Origin: Oopsacas minuta
Lineage: Eukaryota > Animalia > Porifera
Length of the DNA stretch: 64,000 nucleotides
Direction: 5' to 3'
Assembly (NCBI GenBank): GCA_024704765.1
Contig: JAKMXF010000300.1
Location: 372,001-436,000 of the forward strand
This document shows positions 1 to 9,768 of this stretch, one piece after another. Under the pieces are notes generated by a model that saw nothing but the letters and a program-made list of their open reading frames with translations, did not search any database and was not told where the DNA came from. A program made the translations under genes and the position numbers. The number at the start of each line of letters is the position of its first letter. The stretch's first letter is position 1.

Positions 1-1
1 G

Positions 2-70
2 GACCATCTTGTTGAGCCCCCATCATACCAGGCATACGACGACCTAACTGAAGGAGACTTTCCATTTTAG
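2..70 (+). CDS. Probable 3' end of an upstream gene (partial), ending DHLVEPPSYQAYDDLTEGDFPF* with a PPxY motif
   Basis: Frame 2 is open from the window edge to TAG at 68-70. GC-richer than the AT-rich DNA that follows. Too short to identify. Confidence 0.4.
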   Translation, partial: DHLVEPPSYQAYDDLTEGDFPF

Positions 71-583
71 TGCTCTAATTATCAGTGAATAAATGATTAC
101 TTAAAATTCACAAAAACAAAAATTGTTGTAAACTTGTTGTCATGGGGAAAAGTACGGTCTGTTTGATATTAGGTGACGACATCATGAATTAACGTTAAAT
201 GCGAATTTTGAGGATTATAATTTCGTAATGAATAAATAATTGCAACACAATGTAAACATAATATATTTTTGAAAAATCATTAAAATCTTAGAATTCAATG
301 ATACTTTCTCCAAAAACTAGCATAACACATCTGTATTATTAATCATCTCCTTACGAATGAGCAGGACCGGATATAATGGGAATGCGGTAATGATTACAAA
401 AGTTTATAATGATGCTAACTCTAATATAGTCTATAATAGCAAAAATGTAGTAACTCAATGCCATATTGGCTCTAACTGTAGGCATAATTAGAGTACATTA
501 TGTGGAGAGTTTGTGGTGGCAGTATATCTACGCCTAATCCTACACAGCTATTTAATCTAGAAACTACAATTACAAATAATAAT

Positions 584-2255
584 ATGGCAACATCTGAGTG
601 TTTGAAACTAGATAATGAAGTTCAAATTCATTACAGTGATATTGTAAAGGCTAAATGTGCTGCCACACCTTGGAAAATATTCACATTCGGAGAAGAGGAT
701 CACAGTACTCTACTGTTCCTGGAGGAGGGCTCCTCCCTCAATGATTTCAAAGCCAATTTGAGTAGCGATAAAGTTCTATTCGGGCTGTTACGCATAGCAG
801 ATAACAAACCAGCGAATTTAAAAGGAAAACTAATCTTAGTGTATTGGTGCGGACAGAATTCAGAAGCAGAATTGAGAACTGAGACTGAGCAACTATACAA
901 GAGTAACGGAGAGGTTGTATTTAGCAAGTGTGAAAGGTTTATTTCCATTGAAAGCCTCGAGGAATTGGAAATGAAGTTAAAAGTTATACTCACCAGCAAA
1001 GAGCATAAAAGAATCGATAGTATTAAGGACAAAAATTCTACTCTCGACAATATAAGCGGTGGAAAAGGCAAGAACAAATACAAATCGAAACGTAAGGGTA
1101 AAGCTATTAGAGAGAGCAGTGTACTTGATGAAGGAAGAGATAGCATGACACCAGACAATGGTAGTGGAGATGAGTTGGTATTCCCAGCACCTACAAGTGC
1201 AAGTGAGTTTTGCTTATTTTTAGGGACTAGTATAATAATATGGCCGGTAAGGGGAAATTCGCCCCTGGTACATTTCTCCAGATCTTCACAAGATCACACC
1301 ATGAAATCTATTTTTGCAATTTTGAGCATATCAATTGGACGAATATTTTAAAATATAGCCATGCAAAGTGGTTGATGCACAAAGACGTAAGTCATTCAAA
1401 TCTATTCTGCAAATTTCCACCGAAAATGTACTGTTTGCAAGCTATGTTAATCAGGTACTAAATTTGGTAAGATAACGCGGCTACTGATAGAGCACGTAGT
1501 TATAACTGTATCTACATAATTTTCAATTATAATACACACAATGTATTCTTGTAGCTCAGAGCCCAGTCGAAGATAAACCAGAAACCAAGGGATTAAATGC
1601 ATTAGAAAGAATCTTAGCTACAGACAGTATAAGTTACGCTAATGTAGAAAAGATGAAGGTTATCATAGTAGGAGATTGTCAAGTCGGTAAGACGCATCTT
1701 CTACACACGTATGTCTATGGAAAATCTAAGAAATACCATCCACAGGTAACTGTAGGAGTAGACCATCTATACCGTGTAGTTAACACTGATATTAATAAAC
1801 CGATTAAACTTGAGTTGTGGGATACTAGCGGGGAGGAGCGATATAGAGCTTTAGCTTCTGTATGGTATAGGCATGCTGTAGGAGCTATGGTTGTATTTGA
1901 TTTGACTGATGCTGATTCTCTGGATAGTATACCAAACTGGATCGAGTCAATTAACAGGTACACAGACTGCAAAGCATACATCTTGGTAGGAAACAAGAAT
2001 GATTTAATAGAGCAGAGGAAAGTCGATCATAATGTGGCCAAGAAGATAGCTGATCAAAATGGAATGATTTATGTGGAAACTTCTGCTATTTTTGGAGTTC
2101 ATGTTGACGATGCTTTCAACGTTCTTGCAAATGAACTTGTTACCACTAAATTGGTAGAAACTCCCCCAGCAGGACCTGAGGAAGAGATTCTTATTATTAA
2201 CTTAGAAAGTGAACTGCCAAAGAAAAAGAAAAAGGAAAAGTGTTGCCATAAATAA
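584..2255 (+). CDS. ADF-H (coactosin/drebrin-like) domain fused to a Rab-family GTPase; exons 584-1202 and 1555-2255, 439 aa
   Basis: Exon 1 has coactosin-like motifs (DKVLFGLLRI, KLILVYWCGQ) and a Lys-rich linker. Donor GTGAGT at 1203 and acceptor TTCTTGTAG at 1554 are both phase 1, with 32 open codons before the ORF-track ATG at 1653. Rab motifs GDCQVGKT, TVGVD, WDTSGEERY, GNKND, ETSA and C-terminal KKKKKEKCCHK. Both domains are secure; the join is inferred. Confidence 0.75.
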
Positions 2256-2382
2256 TAAAGTTGTATTTGCATGCTAATGACGTAATATATAATTGTAGTT
2301 TTGTACACATGTGTATTTATTTATAATGCTACGATTTTTAATAATCATCTACAAATAATTAAGTTATTTAAGAGAAATAAAC

Positions 2383-4684
2383 TCAGTTTCTAATCTTCTT
2401 AAGTCTCTTCTTGGACATTGCTTGTATCACCTTCTCTCGCAAGTGTTTTTCTAAATTGCTACGTTTCCGTTCTCCTTTGACAGATTCCTCTGATTCTGAG
2501 GAGTCCTCACTGCTCTCCATACGGGGTTTCTTTTTGTCTCGGCCTGTTCCCCTATCCCTTCTCCTCTCCCTCTTATCAACATCATAATCACTGTATGAAT
2601 CACTAGATGACGTATCTTCACTGTCATAAGATTCACTAAAGGATTCAGGAGGAGGTTGTTTGTGACGTGTCTTCTTAACAACAGGGGAGGCATGCGCATG
2701 TCTCCTTTTTGTCCTGCTTCTCCCATTATTGCTATCATTGCTATCACCTCGACTACGCATTCTGCGAGAGGAATGCTTTCTCTTAGAAGCAGAACTTTGT
2801 TCTGAATAATTCTTCTTAGAGGATACTTTAGGTCTGCTTCTCATGCTAGAAGTAGGTTTATCTCTGTCTCTCTGCTTCTTCCCACTGGATACGGAAATTT
2901 TAAGCCTCTTAGCTCGTACTTCCTCCTTCCTTCTAGCTTCAACTTCTGAGAAATTATCAGAAGTATGCTCGCTTCTGTCAGACTCAGAGATAGACCTTCT
3001 GTTACGATATTTCTGCTTTGATTGTCTACTCACCCGTTTAGTGCTGTCTCGTGTTAATAGACCTCTTTTAGAATGACCTGGTTCTCTACTAACTTTTTTA
3101 TGCTTTGAAGATACATGCTTGTGTCTCTCAGGAGACGGAGAGCTCTCAGACTCACTAGACACTGAGCTAGAAGCTGAGTAATCTTTCTCTCTCATTCTAA
3201 CATTCTCTCCTCTCCCAGATGTCTTCTCTACTGGGGAAGAAGAACGTGAGGAAGAAGAGTACGATTCTTCTCTTCGACTAGTTGTATGAGTCTGTCTGGC
3301 ATGTGTTACCTTCTTGTGCTTAGAAGACGGTGGAGTAACTACCCGCCCTCTCTTAGAATATTTATCATCAGTCTTTACTCCATGTCTCCTATCAGTTTGT
3401 ATATCTACACTAGGGATAGAGCTGTGATGCTCTGTAGATTTACTGTGGGGGTGTGTATCTCTATCTTGATTGTCTGAATGTGATCTTTGTGGAGCTAAAA
3501 TATAAAATGAATTAAATTATAATAAACTAAACGTGACGTTATGATACTTACAATTGGTATGGTGTTCTGTATGTGTAGAAGGCTCTTGAGGTCTCTCATG
3601 ATGATGTCTCTCTTCAGAAGATCTGTGGGGTCTAGAACGATGTGGAGACTCTCTGGGGTATCCTCTCCCTTTCTGATGCTGAGCGTGTGAGTCAGGAGAA
3701 TATGAGGGGGAATGACGATGTCTGTGAGGACTTGATCTTAGAAAAAACTTAATTAAAAATATATATCAGTAAAATAGTTTATATTAGTGTACCTCCGGTA
3801 TCTTCTCTCCCTTTCATAGGATCTACTACGGTGTCTCCTATTGGTGTTTGGAGAATAGCTTCTACTCCTACTCCTACCCTTATCTCTGTATTCACCTCTA
3901 CTTCCTCTCTCCCTCTCTCTCTCTTTATCTCTATCCATTCTATCACTATACGTTTCTAGTCTGTATGTATTATCTGTCTGTGTATCAGCTGCTGTCTGAT
4001 GTTTACCTTCCGTATGTTCTGTATCTTGTGTACTTGAAGCTTCAGATTTCTGAACCTATCAATACAGAGTAATAACAAATGAAAGCATTAGTTAATGTAA
4101 ACATGACTTACATGTACTCCTGTCTCACTCATCTCTGTCCTATTACGTCGATCAGGTCTGCGTATAGGAGATCTAGGAGGATTAGTAATTCTATCAGAGT
4201 GATAGTAATTTTCCCTAGCTGGTGAGTATCGTCTCTGATCCTGTCTCATTATTAACTCCATCTCAATTTTCTTCTTCTGCTGACGAATTGCATTCTTTTT
4301 CTCCTCTATAAATTTCTCTGGGAGCTTTGCAGGGTTCTCTTGAGCACTTAACAGGAGATCCCATAACTGCCCTATAAATATCCGAGCTGGTTTTGACTGT
4401 AGAAATCCCGTGACTAGAATCTGTAGCTTTTTAGCATTTGGGTAACGATCATTCTCTAGGAAACTGAATATTAGCTCAATCACTACTTCATCTTCTATTC
4501 CCAGTATTTTTGTTACCTGTTCAGATACCCAAGGCTTAAGGGCCTCAAAATTAACCTTATGCATGTCTACCTTTTGTTCTAGACAATCCTCAAATTTCAT
4601 CATTTTTAGTAGTTTCTTATCTTTGTCAGAAAACCGGACATCTTGTTCGGTACTTGTACCACGGAAGAATCCTGCATCTGTCAT
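2383..4684 (-). CDS. SRRM1: SRRM1/SRm160-like splicing co-activator (PWI + Arg/Ser-rich); exons 4684-4112, 4055-3793, 3736-3552, 3494-2383; 710 aa
   Basis: N-terminus MTDAGFFRGTSTEQDVRFSDK and PWI core KPWV..ILGIEDEVV..LWDLLLSAQEN match SRRM1. Three GT-AG introns (56, 56, 57 nt) join the separate RS-rich ORFs in frame. Confidence 0.9.
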
Positions 4685-4807
4685 AGCTTGTAAACAATAT
4701 GAAACTAAATAATTATAATTATCAGTGAGATATATATTCGCAAAAAAGAAAATATAGTCAAATTGGGTGTTAGGATGTTAATTAAAATATTGACTCAATC
4801 TTAGCCC

Positions 4808-5104
4808 TTATGTCATAAGCACTTGAATATCTGGAAGCTCTGAAGGGTTCTCTTGAGCACTCAGGAGATGATCCCATAACTGTCCTACAAATTTGCGAGC
4901 TGGTTCTGATTGTAGAAATCCTATGAGTACAATCTGTAATGTTTTACCATTTGGGTAACGATCATTCTCTAGGAAACTGAATATTAGCTCAATCACTACT
5001 TCATCCTTTATTCCAAGTATTTTAGTGATCTGTTCAGATACCCAAGGCTTGAGAGCTTCAAAATTAACTTCATGCATATCTACCTTTTGTTCAATATCTG
5101 TCAT
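4808..5104 (-). CDS. Tandem partial duplicate of SRRM1: stand-alone PWI domain, 98 aa (functional mini-gene or young pseudogene)
   Basis: Colinear with 4322-4592, including a 58-nt identical tract (4948-5005 = 4435-4492). In-frame 31-codon deletion after MTD, no RS region, ORF intact. Confidence 0.6.
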   Translation of the reverse strand: MTDIEQKVDMHEVNFEALKPWVSEQITKILGIKDEVVIELIFSFLENDRYPNGKTLQIVLIGFLQSEPARKFVGQLWDHLLSAQENPSELPDIQVLMT

Positions 5105-5339
5105 TTCTTATAAACAATATGAAAAAAGCAATAACAAATTGAAATAAATATCCAATTTTTAGCAAACAAAACATATAAATACACACATAGCATATAAACA
5201 TAAATGATCAAACTACAAATTATAAAATCATAAAATTCTCAAAAAGCAACAATCCTATATCTATACCTACTACCATTTAACATGCAGGCTACTATATGTA
5301 CATATACAACTATATATCAAACAGGGCATCAGAATGTTA

Positions 5340-8300
5340 TTAAAATATCGACCCAATCCTAGCCTTTATACGCATAAGAAATTGACTCTCATGATGATGC
5401 TCTATCTCCTCCAGATGTTTAACAATATCCTTCTTAGTGATGATACCAGTTACCTTTCCATTGTGTGTAACTAGTAATTGTCTTAGACCGACCTTCTTAA
5501 ACAGCTCTACTACATTATACATATGTGTAATGGGGGATACTTGGAATTGAGTTATGTCCAAGAGGGAGTAGAAGTTTATGTAGCGTCCAGATGAAGACTT
5601 AACCTCGTTGGGTGGCAGGAAGTGTACCAGAGTTTGTGGATCTATATTTCCACATTCCTTACGCATGATATTGAGAGCATCTTGTAACTCCATGTGTGTA
5701 ACATATCCCATAGACAGCTGGGATTCGTTCGTCATTACTACAGGGAATCCCCAGAAATCGTACGTATCAAGCAATTCTTCTAAATCTCCTACCGTAGACT
5801 CTGTAGCAGAGATAAACACTAGAGGATGTTGATGTGGTCTAGGACTCATAATATCACTTGCTTGTGCATCGAATGTATAGCGCTCTTTAGACTCAATGAA
5901 AGGATATCTGGATACACACAATAGAGAATAATATTAATTCATGAATAGGATATTATTAGAGAGTTAAGCTAACCTGTTCAGTTTAATATGCTCGTCATAA
6001 ATCCCCTCAGTGAAATTATCTCCTACCCATTTACTGAGCAGGGCAGCTAGCATAATCGGTACGATATAAGGGAGCCCTCCTGTTAACTCAAACATTATCA
6101 CAACCAGGGATACAGTCATCCTCGTGACTCCACCCAGAAATGCAGCTGCTCCTACCATAGCGTAGAGACCAGGAACGATACAAGTGGAACCGACTGGACA
6201 AAAGAACTGAATGAAACCTGACTCTCTATTCGCATACACAGACTAATTAGAATTCAATTGATAAATATAACTACATAGAAAACAATTATTATGAAGTGTA
6301 ACTGACTTGTTCCATTAGAACTCCCAGAATACGTCCCACACAAGCTCCAGCGTACATGCTAGGTATAAATAGACCAGCTGGTATCTTTATACCGTATGTG
6401 AATGTTACAGTCACAAGCTTGTAGATAATAGCCAATGCCAGCATCCATAGTGCGCTAATATACGAAATAATAATAAAGAATTTACGATAAAGTTAAAATA
6501 TAACATTACTCACTCATATACAGGTTGTAGTGCTTGAGTGTCATGATATTGTCCAGTATTTTCAAAAGCAGATGTTAGATTGTATCTACATAGATCTGTG
6601 TGTGTATCAGGTCCGCATTCAGAGAATAACTCTCTTATAACCTCAGAGCTGTCTGCACGGGTGAATGGATTTGGAAAGGCTAGCAGTGCTGTACCCAAGC
6701 ATACCAAACATACCTACCATAGCAACGTAATTTAAATGTCCTATAACTTAATATTGAGTAACTTACCTCGATTATAGCATACTTCTTCCAGTATTTCTTC
6801 CTCAGAGAAGACCATAATACGTTAAGTTTGATGAATAACGCTCCGTATAAACCTCCGAGTATTCCAAGCATAGCAAATCCGAATAGTTCGAACAGATGCC
6901 ATGGTGCGTCATAAGTGACGTAGAACTCAACGAGATTGCCATTGGGATATGGGTTGAGGTATTTGAGTGTGGCAGCTGCTACCAGAGCGCAGAAAAATGC
7001 ACGCCATAATGTTTTGAGCGGGAAATAATAACTCACCTATTTATACAGTTATAACTAATGGACTATGGATAAATCATAAAACTAACCTCTTCTAAACTGA
7101 ATAGTACTCCTCCCACTGGAGCTCCAAAAGCTACCCCTACTCCAGCTGCAGCTGCAGCAGAAAGGATCTCTTTCCGTTTAGCTTGATTCTTACGGTATTT
7201 CGGGAAGAGATATGAAAATATATTTCCACAGCAACAGGCAGCATGAACCAAAGGTCCCTCCTTTCCTAAACTCAGGCCTGCTCCTACTGCTAACATCATA
7301 CCGATACTCTTAACTGTCAGTGTAGCTTTACCTAGATATCCGTGTATGACGTAACCAGATAGAATAGTCTTTACTTCTGGGATTCCTGATCCACTGGCAT
7401 AAGGAGCTACTACCATTACAAAGCTTGAAGCCAAGAATCCGAAAATAACCGCAATAATCGCATAACTAATGATAAAGAACGATTACGTAATTAGATTAAT
7501 AATTATGACGTAATCAACTTACACGAAGTAGTTGAAGAAATAGCCACCATAGAATGTGTAATTACTATCTATACCAAAGAGTTCTGACCACATAGCAAAC
7601 TCGCGACAATGCTCTACATCAAAACTAGTTTCATTACTAGACCAGCAGCAGGAGTACTCATCAAGGGTAAAATCTGTTCTACAGATTCCGTTTCTGAAAG
7701 ATACGAACCAAGCAGTGCCTATTCGATTAATCATAAATTAAGTAAATGACGTCATTATAACTTACCTAGGTCAATAAACCCAGCCATCACACCAGACGCT
7801 AGTCCAACTAGAAACACGAGTACCCAGGCTGATACAGCGTCCCATTTCTTGTATAGCCAGCCTAAACACGAGTTGCTATTGTCCAGCTGTTTGTACCTCT
7901 TTAAGTCACGTACTGTATCACGTACCCAGTCAACAGTGTGAAAATCCGCGTACTGTGAGCTAGGAGTCTTAGCGGTGTATTCAGCGAATGTTTGAGTGTA
8001 ATACTTCTATAGAGAGAGATAATTAAAATATTGATTAGATCAGAAGTGTAAAGATAGAAAAGATCAATTGATCAGAAGTGAGTGAAATAACCTAATTTCG
8101 CCTAGAAACTATAATAGAAATTATTATAAGCTAATGGAGGTTAAGCCTTGATAAAGTTACTGAGCTTGATAAGGAACTCTTTGAGATAAATTTGATGCTC
8201 AAACACTTGATAGAACTGTATCAACTCGTTAAGAAAGTCTACTCCCATTCCCTTAGATTCAAGATAGTCCACCATATGATCGTATAGCTTATCATCGAAG

Positions 8301-9516
8301 TGTGTGCCTTCTAGTGAGAAGCAATCTTCAACATCCTTGGTTTTATCTGGTATTATTCTAGCGGAGTTTATTTGTAGACCAGATTCTAGGATAGATTGCA
8401 GACTCTCTGCTTCTGGATTGAAGGAACAGTCTAGCTTGAGTTTGCTACCGTTAGGCTTAGTTATATCTATGTATATGAGTGGGAGATAAGCGAACTGTTC
8501 ACCATCACTTTCATCATCAAAATTTTCAATTGATTTCCCATCATCTGCATTAGGATCTGAGAATATCTCAGGTTCTATTTTCTCATTAGCATGAACAGAC
8601 ACAGAGATTCGTTCCTCTTTAGATTCTTTAGTAAATGTAGCTTCTAACCCTTTTAGAGATGTTTTGAATCCTTGAATAGTTGGGAGATCTGTTAGCAAAG
8701 ATTTTTCGTAGTTTATTTCTTCATTCAAAGTTTTCTCAAAGTTACGGGTGATATTGTTACTGGGATTTGAGTGTGCGGATTGCCGAGATAAAGCTAGGTG
8801 AGGGGTGAGGCGAGGGAGAGAGGCAAGGGGCATAGAAGCAAGAGGAAGTGTGAAATTTCGCGTGGATACACTCCTCATAGTGGGAAATGAAAATATTTTA
8901 GGTTGAAAACAACGTCTGACTAACGACTGCATTTATGAATTCGTAAATTCGCTACTTATAATAATACATAGTAAAAGAAAATAAAATAAATTTAAAATAA
9001 AGAAGTATATCGTAAAGCTATTGTATAAATATAGCTACAAACAACTCGCGCTATACCGAAATATATCGAAGTCTGTAATTGTACAAATATGGTCCCAAAC
9101 CGTCAAAGTAACATATGTTTTATCGGCTATATCGAAGTAATTATAGCAGTCCCTTGAGATTCGGTATAACGGGAGTTAACTATGCCTGTCCTACATAACT
9201 AGGTAAGGCGGGGTCGTCAAGCCCGTACACTTATCGTAGTGTCCTTGCCTTGTTTATAAAGTAACAAACTCACTTCGTCCTTGATAGTCTGCTTATACTG
9301 TGTGTTGTTAGAATATGCATCTTCCATGTGTGGTGTTGAGCCATCTATGTCATTCTGTACATATGCATGAGACCTCGTTCTAGATTGAGTTATTTCCATC
9401 AGCTCGTTCTGACTCTCTAGGATAACTTGAGGATGTTGTTGTTGTGGGGCAAGAGAATCCTCTAGAAGGAGAGGGGTAGATGTTGAGAGGGATTGTTTGG
9501 TGGGATCAGAAGACAT
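5340..9516 (-). CDS. CLCN3: CLC-3/4/5-type 2Cl-/H+ exchanger; exons 9516-9274, 8006-7766, 7718-7523, 7465-7087, 7036-6767, 6713-6514, 6454-6307, 6242-5974, 5907-5340; 837 aa
   Basis: Motifs [20 protein letters not shown] (gating Glu), FSLEEVS (proton Glu), GLFIPS, MFELTG and two CBS domains. All 8 introns are GT-AG and phase-compatible. Exon 1 is inferred from a phase-0 GTGAGT donor at 9273 and the absence of an ATG in 8007-8140. The symbol denotes the CLCN3/4/5 subfamily. Confidence 0.9.
8141..8932 (-). CDS. C1QBP: C1QBP/p32/Mam33 mitochondrial matrix acidic protein; intronless; nested in CLC intron 1
   Basis: Arg/Ser/Leu-rich, acid-free N-terminal presequence, LNEEINYEK helix, and C-terminal [22 protein letters not shown] typical of the MAM33 family. 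Confidence 0.8.
   Translation of the reverse strand: MQSLVRRCFQPKIFSFPTMRSVSTRNFTLPLASMPLASLPRLTPHLALSRQSAHSNPSNNITRNFEKTLNEEINYEKSLLTDLPTIQGFKTSLKGLEATFTKESKEERISVSVHANEKIEPEIFSDPNADDGKSIENFDDESDGEQFAYLPLIYIDITKPNGSKLKLDCSFNPEAESLQSILESGLQINSARIIPDKTKDVEDCFSLEGTHFDDKLYDHMVDYLESKGMGVDFLNELIQFYQVFEHQIYLKEFLIKLSNFIKA
9038..9182. mobile_element. Degenerate ~145-bp MITE with Tc1/pogo-like inverted repeats
   Basis: 9043-9060 AACTCGCGCTATACCGAA versus reverse complement of 9160-9177 AACTCCCGTTATACCGAA (16/18). TA at 9036-9037. Internal direct repeat TATATCGAAGT. The family assignment is inference. Confidence 0.5.
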
Positions 9517-9768
9517 GAAAAATCTTTTTGACTCTATTCGACTGGCCCTAAGCTTATTAAATTTGAAATTGGAGATTTACCTTATAAGAACATATATTTT
9601 AGTTTTGTGTAATCAGATAGTCTCCTACACATCTGTGAGATGTGAGATGGCTATAGTTATTGAATCGAACTATTCCCGAATAAGTAGATCTTGATAGATA
9701 AGTGAAATTCAGGATTATTATTCAATTATTATTGCGAAAATTCTATCAGTAAATTAGTCACGTTTAGG
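9517..9768. promoter_or_regulatory. Probable bidirectional promoter / strand-switch region
   Basis: 252-nt gap between divergent start codons (9516 on -, 9769 on +). It is the only divergent junction in the window. No specific motif identified. Confidence 0.4.

Noticed and set aside
1203-1351. C-terminal 49 codons of ORF 500..1351 and ORF 1240..1461
   Set aside because: They lie after a consensus donor and read as intron sequence. The nearby TTTTTAG at 1223 would give a 21-nt intron, far below the 47-nt minimum seen.
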